From assembly GCA_964016885.1 (NCBI GenBank), contig OZ024740.1, forward strand, positions 382,788,001-382,852,000: a stretch of DNA of 64,000 nucleotides. Reading direction: 5' to 3'. A program made the translations under genes and the position numbers. Under the pieces are notes generated by a model. That model was not told the DNA's origin. It saw only the letters and a list, made by a program, of their open reading frames with translations, and made no database searches. Below, in pieces: positions 1 to 13,800 of the stretch (within the stretch, counting starts at the first letter, position 1; each line of letters starts with the position of its first letter). Source of the DNA: Eledone cirrhosa. Taxonomy: Eukaryota.

Positions 1-3000
1 TCCCTGGCTCAGCAGCAGGAACCTGGCTGTCAACCAGATACTGCTGGTGTCGGAGGAAAAAGAAGAAGGAAAGGGACCAGAACCAACTGGACGAAATAAT
101 TGAATAGAACTGTTATGCAATGTTACCTGAAAATTAACCCCAAGGAGAGGGGCTATAGAAGACGGATGCATAACATCTGGAACGAGATTGGTCTATTTAA
201 ATTAGGTGAACAAAAATTGGCCGGGCAGGCTCGGGTAATAAGAACTAATGGGTGGATAAGCGAGCTGGAACTGGAGGAACTGAGCAGAGAGATTAGCTTG
301 GAGGTGGAGGGTGGAGTATGCAAGGCAAACGAGCCAGTGGGAAATGAAGGTGAAGAGGTCGAGAGAACGGAGGAACCACCCAAAGCAGACAATGATCTGA
401 ATACTGAGATAAATAATACCTGGAACAGAGATACGGCCACTGAGAAGATGAATGCTGACGGGCTAGGACAAGATTCGGTTGACATCCTAAATTTAGTGGT
501 AGATGAATTGAACAATGAGGGTGGGAGACCTATGAACCTAAGATTTGTAGACAGGAAAAAGTTAAAAGAAACAACAGCTAAGGTAAACAAAGTCATCCCA
601 TACCTTGAGACGAGGAGCCTTCACCAGTGCAACAATATCCTCAAAGCAACAGCAAATAGGTGAGGAAACTACTTGGTATAAAAGCGAGAGGAAAGAACAG
701 ACAAGAAAGAACAGACAAGAAAGAGCAGAGCCTTGGTGGAAGAAACGACTGAGTGGTCAAATCAGGGAAATGAGAAATGACATTGGAAAGCTTGAGTCAC
801 TACTGAATGGGACACTAAAAAACATAGGCACTAAAAATAGACTGGAAATAAAGTACAAAACTAGGAGGAAAAAGCTAAATATTATCATAGAGGAACTGAA
901 GCAACGCATTGTAGCAAAGAGTGCAAAAATCAGGCGATACAAGAACAGAGTCAGTCAGTATAAACAGAACCGCATGTTCGACACCAACCAGAAGATGCTG
1001 TTTGGAGAGCTTGAGGGGAAAAAAAGAGGCAACGACTTGATCCCTGAGGCGGAACAAACTAAAACATTCTGGAGAGGAATATGGGAACAGGATGTTAGAC
1101 ATAATGACCAGGCAGGGTCGATTGAGACAGTACAGAGGGAGATCGATGAGCAGGCACACCAACAAACTGATTTGAGTATCACAGTTGAAACTCTTAAGGG
1201 GCAGGCCAAAAAGCTAACCAACTGGAAATCACCAGGCCCAGATGGTGTGCAGGGGTATTGGATTAAAAATATAACATCCCTCCACCCGAAACTGACAACC
1301 ATGTTCAATGACTGCTTGATGTCAGGTGAGGTACCAGAGTGGTTGACAAAAGTTACCACAGTTATGATAATGAAAGACCGAATCAAGGGTAATGATGTAA
1401 CCAACTATAGACCTATCACATGTCTGTCCGTAATGTGGAAACTGTTGACGAGCATTGTGTCTGTGGAAATCTACCATCACCTCCACACAAACAACTTGTT
1501 ACCGGACGAACAGAAAGGATGCCGAAAGAAGTCACGTGGTACAAAGGACCAGTTACTTATTGATAAGATGGTAATGGGGAATTGCAGGAGGAGACACACT
1601 GATCTTGCAATGGGATGGATAGACTACAGAAAGGCATTTGACATGGTGCCTCATTCTTGGATCACCAAAAGCCTGGAGATCTTCAAGGTGGCAGATAACT
1701 TCAGACAGTTGTTGGGCAAGAGTATGAGGTCCTGGGAAACAGAGTTGACATCAACTGGAGAATCCTTGGGAAGCGTGAAGATCAAGAGCGGTATCTTCCA
1801 GGGAGATAGCCTGTCCCCTCTGTTGTTTGGCCTTGCCCTGATGCCCCTGACCAGTGTACTGCGAAAAGTGAGAGCAGGATACGGGTTGGGAAAGGGAGGG
1901 CTTACCATCAATCACCTCCTCTTCATGGACGATCTTAAGCTCTTCGGGAAGAGTGAGAAGGAGTTGGATGTGCTTGTTGACACTGTCCGTATTTTCAGCA
2001 GTGATATATGTATGCAGTTTGGTAATAGTAAGTGTGGAGTCATTGTGATGAGGAGGGGTAGGTTGAGCAGAAGTAACGGAATCCAGATACCAACAGGTAA
2101 GATGATAAAGGAAATTGACTCTGAGGAAGGATACACGGATTTGGGCGTTCTGGAGGCTGATGGCATAAAGAACAAAAAAATGAAGGAATTGTTAAGAACT
2201 GAATACATTCGGAGAGTAAGGAGCGTATTGAAGTCACATCTGAACAGCAGAAATGCCATAAGCGCAGTAAATTCCCGAGCTGTGTCTATTATTAGGTACA
2301 GTGCGGGAATTCTGAGATGGAATGTTGCTGAACAAAAAGAAATGGATAGGAAGACTAGGAAGCTATTGACTATCTAAAACATGTTCCACAAGAGGAGTGA
2401 TGTCGATAGACTCTACCTACGGAGATCTGAGGGTGGTAGAGGTCTTATCAGCATAGAGGACTGTGTTCAGATGGAGAAAAACAACCTACACAAATACGTG
2501 ACTGATAGTAAGGAGCCAATGCTCAGAACTGTACTGAAGGAGGGGACAATAGACCAGGGGATGCCCAAGGGGGAAATAACATCAAGGAGAAAGAGCAGCC
2601 TTCAGGAAAAATTCCTTCATAGTACATTCTTTGAGAAAGCTGAATTTAGAGATCCACAGACATGGAACTGGTTAAGAAGAGGAGATCTTAAAAAGGCTAC
2701 AGAAGGAATGTTAATGGCTGCGCAGGAGCAGGCCCTTAAAACGAAGTGGTTGAAACACCATATTTACAAGGAGGAGGCTAGCCCACTGTGCAGGATCTGT
2801 GGAGAGAGAGAGGAGACTGTGGCTCACATTGTATCCGAGTGTAAACACCTAGCCCAGACTCACTATAAGGGCTGGAGACATGATGTGATGGGCAGGGTGG
2901 TCCACTGGCACCTATGCAAAGTAAACAATTTACCACATTCTGAGAATGGTATGAGCATAAGCCAGAGGCGGTGATGGAGAACGATCTGGTGAAGGTGCTG

Positions 3001-3436
3001 TGGGATTTTAGGATACAGACGGACAAGAATCTGGAACACAATAGACCTGACCTGGTGATTGTGGACAAAGAAAAAAAGATCGTGTCTGATTGTGGATGTG
3101 GCCTGCCCATTCGACACGAGAGTGCAAGAGAAGGAGAGGGAGAAAATTAACCGATACCAGGACTTAAAGTGGGAGGTAAAAGGGATTAGGAACTGCCATG
3201 AAGTCAAAGTGATCCCGATTGTTACAGGCACACTGGGGACTATCTCCAAAAGTTTCCAGGGATGGTTAAAGAAAATCGGCCCCTTCACGCTTTTTGGAAC
3301 GCTTCAAAAGGCATGCTTGCTGGGAACAGTAAGAACCCTCCGATACGTTCTGAATATATGAGGCTGCAGGTAGTGGCTTGTTATTCATTCCAACGGACTT
3401 TCCAGTTAACTAACATCAATGACTGAGATTCAAGGA
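1..3436 (+). mobile_element. R4/Dong-like non-LTR retrotransposon (RT + restriction-like endonuclease), family 1 copy A; longest copy, 5' end outside the window, disrupted by stops and frameshifts
   Basis: ORFs 100-663, 605-2377, 2381-2974 and 3059-3361 give RT motifs ([39 protein letters not shown]), the CCHC motif CRIC..ETVAHIVSEC, RHD and PDL...IVDVACP..KE.EK (PD-(D/E)xK). The 3' UTR ends in (TAA)n, the established target of Dong. Confidence 0.93.
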
Positions 3437-3444
3437 ATAATAAC

Positions 3445-3498
<54 letters not shown>
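3436..3498 (+). repeat. (TAA)n microsatellite between copy A and copy B
   Basis: Read directly. Confidence 0.98.
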
Positions 3499-3499
<1 letters not shown>

Positions 3500-5514
3500 T
3501 CTGTCCGTAATGTGGAAACTGTTGACGAGCATTGTGTCTGAGGAAATCTACCATCACCTCCACACAAACAACTTGTTACCGGACGAACAGAAAGGATGCC
3601 GAAAGAAGTCACGTGGTACAAAGGACCAGTTACTTATTGATAAGATGGTAATGGGGAATTGCAGGAGGAGACACACTGATCTTGCCATGGGATGGATAGA
3701 CTACAGAAAGGCATTTGAGATGGTGCCTCATTCCTGGATCAGCAAAAGCCTGGAGATCTTCAGGGTGGCAGATAACATCAGACAGTTGCTAGGCAGGAGT
3801 ATGGGGTCCTGGGAGACAGAGTTGACATCAACTGGAGTATCCTTGGGAAGCGTGAAGATCAAGAGAGGTATCTTCCAGGGAGATAGCCTGTCCCCTCTGT
3901 TGTTTGTCCTTGCCCTGATGCCCTTGACCATTATGCTGCGAAAAGTGAGAGCAGGATACAAGTTGGGAAGGGGAGAGCTTACCATCAATCACCTCCTCTT
4001 CATGGACGATCTTAAGCTCTTCGGGAAAAGTGAGAAGGAGTTGGATGTGCTTGTTGACACTGTCCGTATTTTCAGCAGTGATATATGTATGCAGTTTGGT
4101 ATTGGTAAATGTGGAGTCATTGTGATGAAGAGGGGTAGGTTGAGCAGAAGTAACGGGATCCAGATACCAACAGGTGAGATGATAAAGGAAATTGACTCTG
4201 AGGAAGGATACAAGTATTTGGGCGTTCTGGAGGCTGATGGCATAAAGAACAAAAAAAATGAAGGAATTGTTAAGAACTGAATACATTCGAAGAGTAAGGA
4301 GCGTATTGAAGTCACATCTGAACAGCAGAAATGCCATAAGCGCAGTAAATTCCCGAGCTGTGTCTATTATTAGGTACAGTGCGGGAATTCTGAGATGGAA
4401 TGTTGCTGAATAAAAAGAAATGGATAGGAAGACTAGGAAGCTATTGACTATCTACAACATGTTCCACAAGAGGAGTGATGTCGATAGACTCTACCTAAGG
4501 AGATCTGAGGGTGGAAGAGTTCTTATCAGCATAGAGGACTGTGTTCAGATGGAGAAAAACAACCTATACAAATACGTGACCTATAGTAAGGAGCCAATAC
4601 TCAGAACTGTACTGAAGGAGGGGACAGTAGGCCAGGGGATGTCCAAGGAGGAAATAACATCAAGGAGGAAGAGCAGCCTTAAGGGAAAATCTCTTCATAG
4701 TACCTTCTTTGAGAAAACTGAATTTAGAGATCCACAGACATGGAACTGGTTGAGAAGAGGAGACCTCAAAAAGGCTACAGAAGGAATGCTAATGGCTGCG
4801 CAGGAGCAGGCCCCCAAAACGAAGTGGTTGAAGCACCATATCTACAAGGAGGAGGCTAGCCCACTGTGCAGGATCTGTGGAGAGAGAGAGGAGACTGTGG
4901 CTCACATTGTGTCCGAGTGTAAACACCTAGCCCAGACCCACTATAAGGGCTGGAGACACGATGTGATGGGCAGGGTGATCCACTGGCACCTGTGCAAAGT
5001 AAACAATTTACCACATTCTGAGAAATGGTATGAGCATAGGCCAGAGGCGGTGATGGAGAACAATCAGGTGAAGGTGCTGTGGGATTTTAGGATACAGACG
5101 GACAAAAAACTGGAACACAATAGACCTGACCTGGTGGTTGTGGACAAAGAAAAAAGAACGTGTCTGATTGTGGATGTGGCCTGCCCGTTCGACACGAGAG
5201 TGCAAGAGAAGGAGAGGGAGAAAATTAACCGATACTAGGACCTAAAGTGGGAGGTGAAAAGGATTTGGAACTGCCATGAAGTCAAAGTGATCCCGATTGT
5301 CATAGGCGCACTGGGGACTATCACCAAAAGTTTCCAGGGATGGTTAAAGAAAATTGGCCCCTTCACGCTTTTTGGAACGCTTCAAAAGGCATGCTTGCTT
5401 GGAACAGCAAGAACCCTCCGATACGTCCTGAATATCTGAGGCTGCAGATAGTGGCTTGATATTCAATCCAACGGACTTTCCAGTTAACCAACATCAATGA
5501 CTGAGATTCAAGGA
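3499..5514 (+). mobile_element. R4/Dong-like family 1 copy B, 5'-truncated
   Basis: Near-identical to copy A from ~1420 onward. ORFs 3510-4280, 4420-5238 and 5254-5439. Same 3' UTR followed by (CAA/TAA)n. Confidence 0.93.
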
Positions 5515-5554
5515 ATAACAACAACAATAATAATAATAATAATAATAATAATAA

Positions 5555-5695
5555 TTGTTTCTACTTTAGGCACAAGGCCAGCAATTACCCAGTGCATTAC
5601 TGGTACTTTATTTTATCGACCCCGTAAGGATGAAAGGCAAAGTCAACCTCGGCGGGATTTGAACTCAGATCGTAAAGGGACGTAACTATGCTGGA
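5555..5695 (-). mobile_element. tRNA-derived SINE, 5'-truncated, inside a (TAA)n tract
   Basis: Minus strand reads GAGTTCAAATCCC (B box)...GTCGATAAAATAAAGTACCAG...GGCCTTGTGCCTAAAGTAGAAACAA(TTA)n. Matches the copies at 21646, 30108, 49280 and 50563. Confidence 0.88.
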
Positions 5696-5723
5696 ATTAT
5701 TATTAATAATAATAATAATAATA

Positions 5724-7077
5724 AGCCATAAACACGCTTTACATACCAGTAGTAACCTACAGTTACAATGTCATCAACTGGTCAAGCACAGAGATCCGTA
5801 GGCTCGATTCAAAAATTCGAAAATTCTTAACCATGCACAGAATGCATCACCCTAAGGCAGATACAGATAAAATATATCTCCCTAGGAAAGAAGGAGGACG
5901 TGGGTTAATCCAGTTAGACATTGCGTTGAAAACTGCAACATTTGGATTATCTACATATCTAAGGGAATCACATGATTGGATGATCAAACTCGTTTTAAAA
6001 CACGAAAGCATCAAAAGATCATACTCCATTACAAAAGATGCACAAAGATACAGTAATGGACTACACATTCTAGAAGTCCCATTTACTGCTGAAATGGAAA
6101 ACACAGAAAAAGCAAAGCAGGTAAAAGTAACTGCAAAGAAAGAACTGCTACAGAAACTGGCTAAGAAATGGCAAGAAAAGCGTCTGTATGGAAAATACCC
6201 AGAGCGAGATAACAATCCTGATGTTGACAAAACTTTAACCCATCAGTGGTTGGCATCCTCTGGACTGAAATCGGAGACTGAAGGACTGATTATATCAGCA
6301 CAAGATCAGTGTCTGCCAACAAAAAATTACCAAGCCAACATAATAAAATATGGATGCAGCCCAGTATGCCGTGTATGCAAAAAACAACCAGAGACCATTG
6401 ACCATATAATTTCAATGTGCAGTCCTATAGCCCAACCGAATACCTAAACAGGCATGACAGAGCTGCACAATACATACATTGGATAATGTGTAAGCATTTT
6501 GACCTGCCCCATCAAAAGAATTGGTGGGAGCATCAACCACCTCCCATACTTGAAAAAAGATCACATCTCAATCTTGTGGAACTTTAGCATCCAAACAGAC
6601 CGAAAAATAGATGCAAATAGATCTGATATAATATTGAAGGACTTTAAAAGGAGGTTATGCCTTCTAATTGATATGTCCGTTCCAATAGACAAGAATGTAT
6701 CTATAAAAACATTTGAAAAATTGAGCAAGTATAAGGACCTGGAGATAGAAATTGGAAAAATGTGGAAATTGAGAACTAAAACAAAACCAGTGGTTGTAGG
6801 CGCTCTGGGAATGATACCTAAGGGGTCTAATGATTTATTATCGCAAATCCCAGGAAACCCGCGTATAGGAGAAATACAAAAGATAGTACTAATGGGAACT
6901 GCCCATATACTAAGGAAGATTCTGTCAATATAAGTACATCACAAGTCTAAACACTAAAGATGCATGTGTGAGTATGTATGTTCTTTCTTGAACATGGCGG
7001 ACCTTGTTGTCTCTTGAGGTCACTGGTTGTGACTTGGTGATAACTCGTATGAACATAAAGCAAGATAAATTCAACTG
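5724..7077 (+). mobile_element. R4/Dong-like family 2 (divergent, AT-richer) copy C, 5'-truncated
   Basis: ORFs 5833-6447 and 6499-6933 contain LYLPRKEGGRGL-like, ETEGLIISAQDQ, CRVC..ETIDHIISMC, RHD and NRSDI...LIDMSVP..EKLSKYKDL. Different 3' UTR from family 1; flanked by (TAA)n on both sides. Confidence 0.9.
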
Positions 7078-7118
7078 TAATAATAATAATGATAATAATA
7101 ATAATAATAATAATAATA

Positions 7119-7263
7119 ACTTTAACCCATCAGTGGTTGGCATCCTCTGGACTGAAATCGGAGACTGAAGGACTGATTATATCAGCACAAGATCAGTGTC
7201 TGCCAACAAAAAATTACCAAGCCAACATAATAAAAATGGATGCAGCCCATTATGCCGTGTATG
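7119..7263 (+). mobile_element. Family 2 fragment C' (copy of ~6232-6377)
   Basis: Near-identical to 6232-6377 and starts directly after (TAA)n. Confidence 0.9.
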
Positions 7264-8410
7264 TATCACAGTTGAAATTCTTAAGGGACGGCCAAAAAAC
7301 TAACCAACTGGAAATCACCAGGCCCAGATGTTGTGCAGGGTTATTGGATTAAAAATATAACATCCCTCCACCCGAAACTGACAACCATGTTCAATGACTG
7401 CTTGATGTCAGGTGAGGTACCAGAGTGGTTGACAAAAGGTACCACAGTTCTGATAATGAAAGACCGAATCAAGGGTAATGATGTTACCAACTATAGACCT
7501 ATCACATGCCTGTCCGTAATGTGGAAACTGTTGACGAGCATTATGTCTGAGGAAATCTACCATCACCTCCACACAAACAACTTGTTACCGGACGAACAGA
7601 AAGGATGCCGAAAGAAGTCACGTGGTACAAAGGACCAGTTACTTATTGATAAGATGGTAATGAGGAATTGCAAGAGGAGACACACTTTTCTTGCCATGGG
7701 ATGGATAGACTACAAACAGGCATTTGACATGGTGCCTCATTCTTGGATCACCAAAAGCCTGGAGATATTCAAGGTGGCAGATAACATCAGACAGCTGTTG
7801 GGCAAAAGTATGAAGTCCTGGGAAACAGAGTTAACATCAACTGGAGAATACTTGGAAAGCGTGAAGATCAAGAGAGGTATCTTCCAGGGAGATAGTCTGT
7901 CCCCTCTGTTGTTTGTCCTTGCCCTGATGCCCCTGACCAGTGTACTGCGAAAAGTGAGAGCAAGATATGGTTGGGAAAGGGCGGGCTTACCATCAATCAC
8001 CTTCTCTTCATGGACGATCTTAAGCTCTTCGGGAAGAGTGAGAAGGAGTTGGATGTGCTTGTTGACACTGTCCGTATTTTCAGCAATGATACATGTATGC
8101 AATTTGGTATTAGTAAGTGTGGAGTCCTTGTGATGAAGAGGGGTAAATTGAGCAGAAGTAACGGAATCCAGGTACCAACAGGTGAGATGATATATGAAAT
8201 TGACTCTGAAGAAGGATACAAGTATTTGGGTGTTCTGGAGGCTGATGACATCAAGAACAAAAAAATGAAGGAATTGATAAGAACTGAATACATTCGGAGA
8301 GTAAGGAGCGTATTACATTCACATCTGAACAGTAGGAATGCCATAAGTGCAGTAAATTCTCGAGCTGTGTCTATTATTAGATACTGAATATTTAAGGCTG
8401 CAGGTAGTGG
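7264..8410 (+). mobile_element. R4/Dong-like family 1 copy D: RT region fused to a stop-codon/3' UTR stub after an internal deletion
   Basis: ORFs 7333-8133 and 7971-8387. At ~8384 the sequence jumps from SIIRY to TGAATATTTAAGGCTGCAGGTAGTGG, the family 1 3' end. Confidence 0.9.
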
Positions 8411-8468
8411 ATTGCTGGCCTTGTGCCTAACGTAGAAACAATTATTATTATTATTATTATTATTATTA
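8411..8468 (+). mobile_element. SINE 3' stub with (TTA)n tail
   Basis: ATTGCTGGCCTTGTGCCTAACGTAGAAACAA(TTA)n matches the SINE 3' end. Confidence 0.8.
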
Positions 8469-8469
8469 A

Positions 8470-8621
8470 ATATGTCGTTTCAACCACTTCGTTTTGACGG
8501 CCTGCTCCTGCGCAGTCATTAACATTCCTTCTGTAGCCTTTTAAAGGTCTCCTCTTTTCAACCAGTTCCATGTCTGTGGATCTCTAAATTTAGTTTTCTC
8601 AAAGAAGGTACTATGAAGGGA
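8470..8621 (-). mobile_element. R4/Dong-like family 1 fragment F
   Basis: Reverse complement of ~2614-2765 (STFFEK..RDPQTWNWLKRGDL..). Bounded by TTA tracts. Confidence 0.88.
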
Positions 8622-8852
8622 TATTATTATTATTATTATTATTATTGGCGACCTACGTAGTAAATCGTATCATCGTGAGCTCCGCAAAGGTTTGTTATTT
8701 CCGTTTGTTAAAAATTGTCATTTATGGAAAATTTTATTGTTAACTGTTTATAAGCGCACATACATTGTTTTCCGAAAAGGACACCCAAAAGATTGGGGCC
8801 TTGTGCCCACAATTTAAACTTTTATTATTATCAAAAAATTTCTTTGAAAAAA

Positions 8853-10832
8853 ATGGCTAATTCCCCTCTGCAACAAACAGCTGAAAGCCTCCCTCACAAA
8901 TTAACACCTCACACCGACACCACCATTGTAAATGTTACTACGTTTGCCAACACAAAAAAAAATATAAGCAGTAGCAATATTTTAAATTTGTCTCAGGCAG
9001 ACATTCATTTCCCGCCATTACCAATGACTGCAGGTATTAAAGCCTCCACCACCACCACCACCACCGCGACAACCACCACCCCCACCACCACCGCGACAAC
9101 AGAAACAAAAGAAGAAAAAAATAAATTAACTCGTGATGTCGAAATGAAATCAAGCAAAATGGACTCTTCCCCACCAAAGACGACTGACGTCACCACCACC
9201 ACAACTGAAACTAAAATTAATATTAACGATAGCAACAACAACAACAATGACATTATAACCCCCCCCCCTCAGTTTCGCCAGAGTAGCAAAACAATTCGAA
9301 GCATTTACGGTAACTCAGGAAGATTTAGAAAATGCCAAACAAATGGTAAAGAAAGATGGGTACAGGGTCAGCCTCACCCCCACCTAATAAAATGGAGCAT
9401 CGGCGCCTATGCACCGTGTCGTATAGAACAATAAATGTAAAACCGCGCCGAGTGGAACGGGCATCCGAGTCCCAAATCCAAAAAGCTTTGGGATATGTGT
9501 GGGCAAGAAAAACCCACATCAGACGTGGGCAAAAGTATGGAACCGTGGATGTGTTCTTTGAAACACCAGAGGAGGCTAGAGAACACTCCATGGCCCCATT
9601 AAAAAGTGACGACTTCACACTCGTCCCAAGCTATTGTGGCCAGAGACTCGTAAAGATCAGGGTGACCCACGTTCCACCGGCCATCGAAATTCCCTGGCTA
9701 ATAGCGGCTGTCCTCGCCGGCATCGAAGCCAACACGAAAATAATAGCAATAGCAAAAGAAAAGCAGGAAAACTGGTCCGGATCTGGGATGGAGCTCCTGA
9801 TCCAAGCGGACCAAAAAAGCATTGAGGAGATCCCAGAGGTAATAGACCTCACTGACGGCAGCCACCTTACGGTAATTGTCGAGGGCTGAAGACCTAGGTG
9901 TGTCGTTTGTGGTGAAGGAACCCACCTAAGGGCTTTCTGCCCTCAGGATAAAAGGTTGAGGCCACCTCTCCTACCCACCCCAGTGACACAACCATCAACA
10001 CCACCAGTAGCAGAGATGCCAGCAACAACTGTAGCAGCAACAACAGAAGCAACTATAACAGCAACAACCCCAGCAACAGTAGCAAAACCAACACCACTAC
10101 CACCACCAGCAAAACCAACACCACCACCACCCAACGCTTCAGAACTAGCACCAGCGCCTACACCATCCACCACACCACAACCAAAACTAACGGCTGTGGA
10201 GGATTTTCCACTCCCCGGCCTATCACAACTGGAGACAGATTGTGACGACGAGGAGTGGGAAACGATATCCGGAAAAAAAAAAGAAACCAAAAAAGAAAAA
10301 ATTCTCTTCCTTCCCCCTCCAAAAACAAAATACAGAGGGAAACAAATAAACTAAGAAACAAAAAAGTTAGGACAGATATGCCACCATCCACACCAGCATC
10401 ACCAACCCCATCAACCCAAACACCAACACCATCACTAACTCCAACACCACCATCACCTACACCACAAAGGTCATCAAAATGCGAAACAGAAAAAACCCAC
10501 AACAAACGCAAACAAAACAAAACAACCAAAACGATACACACTACACAGCATTAAATTTGAACAACAAGCAATTATTGCACTACATCCAACACAACACCAG
10601 CATCACAGAAAAAGACTACACAACAACCCCAAAATTCACACCACCTCCACACATACAAATCACTCGCATCACACAGAAAACGTACATGACACTAAAACAA
10701 AAATTCCCCAAAGACATCGGAGACTTCCGACAAGCACTCTCCAGGAGGATTTATAAGGACATCCTTCCTGAGGAGGCCACAAGCAGTGAAAAGGATGGAA
10801 AAACCGTCCTTCCCCTACGAGAAGTAAGGTAA
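8853..10832 (+). pseudogene. Tx1-type ORF1 (RRM-like region + CCHC zinc knuckle + Pro/Thr-rich tail), disrupted
   Basis: ATG at 8853. Apparent frameshifts near the C run (~9259-9268), the A run (~10273-10282) and ~10500-10550. In-frame TGA at 9887-9889 is followed by RPRCVVCGEGTHLRAFCP (CX2CX4HX4C). YGTVDVFFETPEEA and VKIRVTHVPP resemble Tx1 ORF1 RRM segments. Confidence 0.75.
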
Positions 10833-10866
10833 GTGGTCTTTCCCATCTTTTCCACTCCTTTTCAAC

Positions 10867-13800
10867 ATGACCTCACTCAGAATAGGCAGCATAAATGCGC
10901 GTGGCTTGGGGTCGTCATGGAAGCAGGGCCACCTGCTCAACGACCTCAGGTCACTAAACATAGATGTAGTGGCCATCAGCGAGACCAGAATCTCCGAAGC
11001 ACAGGCTTTCGCACCGATCTTCGGCGGCTACGATGTGTACGCATCTCCCAGCCGTCCCGGATCGGGGGGAGGAGTTGCTGTGCTTTTTCGGAGAGGTTTG
11101 GATCTTGCCATACGGGCCATCTTCCTGGACCCAGAAGGTAAGTCGGTGGTGCTGGACGTGACCAGCGGAGACGGGCAAGCTTTCAGGTTAGTGGCCGTCT
11201 ATGCCCCGACAGGAGCAGGGCGGCCTGATTTCTTCCGGCGTCTGGAGACCTTTCTTGGAACGTCCCGCTCTTTAGTGTTAGTGGGCGACTGGAACGGGAT
11301 TTTAGATGCATGCTGGGATTGTGTGGGAATAGTGGATAGGGAAGGAGGGTGCAAGAGTCTCACCAACCTGCTCAGACGTTTTGAACTGTCTGACAGGTAC
11401 CGAATGGATTTCCCGAATGTACCAATGTGGACTTGGACAAATCGCATAGGGTCATCCAGATCATATCTAGATAGAGTATTTTGTAGGGAAACAGATAGGT
11501 CTAGCATAGGCTGTCCACAATTCAAGATAGTCAGCTACACGGACCACAAATTCGTGATCTGTGTGCTTGACTTAGATAGGTTTCATAGACGAGGACCCGG
11601 CTACTGGAAGCTAAACGCGTCCTTACCAGCGCGCAAGGCCTACAGAGACCGGATTAGCGAACTAGTTAAGCGGGCGTTGACGGGGGCCATCGTCAACAAC
11701 AAGTGGTGGTTTGCTCTGAAAAGAGCAATTAGAATAGAGTCCATTAGGTTTAGTAAGACTTTAGCAATAGAGAAAAATAGAGCAGAGGGAGAATTAGTTA
11801 GAAAATTAGATGAGGCGCTTAGCAAAGGCATCGCGACCGACGTACTTGCGGCGAAATTGGCCCTTGACCAATTCTTCAATGCAAAGCACGAAGGCTGCGT
11901 TGTCAGAGCTAGGGTGCGTGCTCTCAGACACGAAGGGACGAAAGCCGTTAAATGGGCCCGAGTGGCGGAGGCGCGTCGTGGCAACAAAGCCACGATCCGA
12001 TCTTTGGTGGACCACGACGGGCGCATGCTACTCGATCCCGGGCAAATGTGTGAAGCTTTTCAGCGACACTTCGCTCAACTGTTCGGGGGCAGTGGCGGGC
12101 CGGATCGAGGGATGGACTTTAGTGTCTACCTCGACGGACTGCCGCAGCTTTCGGCCACTGAGGCGGAGTGTTGCGAAAAGCCGATAACAACCGATGAAGT
12201 ACGGGATGCAATGACTAGTTGCACAAGGGGTAAATCGCCTGGTTTGGATGGTCTGCCCCATGAACTTTACGTACAAATGCCAAACTTGTTCGGAGGCCTC
12301 TTGGCGGACGTCTACTGCAACTGGCAACAGAACGGGAGAATTACCAGCTCTGTGAGCCGAGGAGCGGTGGCGCTGCTGAGAAAGGATCCGAACAAGGGGG
12401 ATAACATAGATAATTTTAGGCCCATAACTCTGCTAAACACAGAGTTCAAGATTTTGGCCAAGGTGCTAGCAAAGAGGTTGGCGCTTGTCGTTGGTGGTCT
12501 GGTGGGAGAGGCACAGACATGCGCCATTCCCGACAGATCCATCCACGACAACCTCCACCTCATGCGATACATCGTAGAGAGGGTAGCTAGGGAACCTGGC
12601 ACGGGTGGGTTTTTGATCAATTTAGATCAGTCGAAAGCCTTCGATAGGGTCGACCATCGTTACCTAACGGCAGTCCTGAGGGCGGCTGGCTTTGGGCCCG
12701 TCTTCAGAGGCTGTATCGCTGCCATGCACAGCGACATCTGCTCTGTAGTGAGAGTGAACGGTCACCTTTCGGAACCGTTCCACATCATGCGCTCGGTCCG
12801 CCAAGGATGTCCCCTCTCGTCCGTATTGTACGTATTGACTCTCGAGCCATTACTGCACAAACTGGAGACGTTGAGGGGGGTCCCGCGCGAACTAGGATGC
12901 GGAAGATCCGTGTCAGCATATGCCGACGATGTCACTGTAGTGGTGTCGAACGCCAAACACATCGAGGCAATCGGCACTACACTAAGAGAATACGAAGCGG
13001 TGACAGGAGCAATGATCAACCAGGAAAAGTCAGTGGGCCTGCAGCTCGGCACCTGGAGAGGCAGGTCCATGCCGTCCAACAGCGTCGTCGGGCGCTGGAC
13101 GGACGGACCGGTTAAATTGCTAGGGGTCTGGTTCGGTCCAGACCTCCAGACGGACAAAAACTGGGACGAGGTGACGAGCAGGGTGGCTTCTCTCACCCAG
13201 AAATGGGCCGAGAGGAAGCTATCCCTGAAAGGTCGAGCGGAGGTGGCGAATGCGTACATCGCATCCGTCATCTACTACCGCCTGACCGTCGTACCTTGTC
13301 CTAAGCCCCGCCTGACTGCGCTGGAGCGTTCGCTCTTTCGCTTCTTGTGGAAGGGACGCGCTCCGATGGTCAGGCGGTCCATCTGCTGTCAACACCCGCT
13401 ACGTGGAGGGCTGGGCATGCCGTGGCTGATGATGCGCAGACACGCGCTCAGGCTACGACATCTCCACCTCTTCCTCGACGGTGATCAGGTGTGGTCGCCG
13501 TTTGCAAGACACGTTTTTCCCCAGCTCGTCTCCTTGACGGAGCTGCAGTCCTGGGTCAAGCGAAGACCGAGAGGGAGCGCTTGGAGACTGGAATGTCTTC
13601 AGGCGCTCACAGCCCTCGACCAATCGGGCAATGTGATCGGTGGAAACTCCACCTTGGCGTTCTATAGGGGATTAGTGGAGGGGAAGAGCGACAACGTACT
13701 TGGGGAAACTCTAGGCGGCGACGAAATTCAACTAGCCAATCTCTTCGGAAGGACTTTCGGGCCGGGGCCTATGGACAACTTCCAGAAATCCCTGGCCTGG

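Noticed and set aside
9887-9889. Programmed readthrough of TGA before the ORF1 zinc knuckle
   Set aside because: Simply explained as CGA>TGA in an EGRRP-type motif, and there is no readthrough context.
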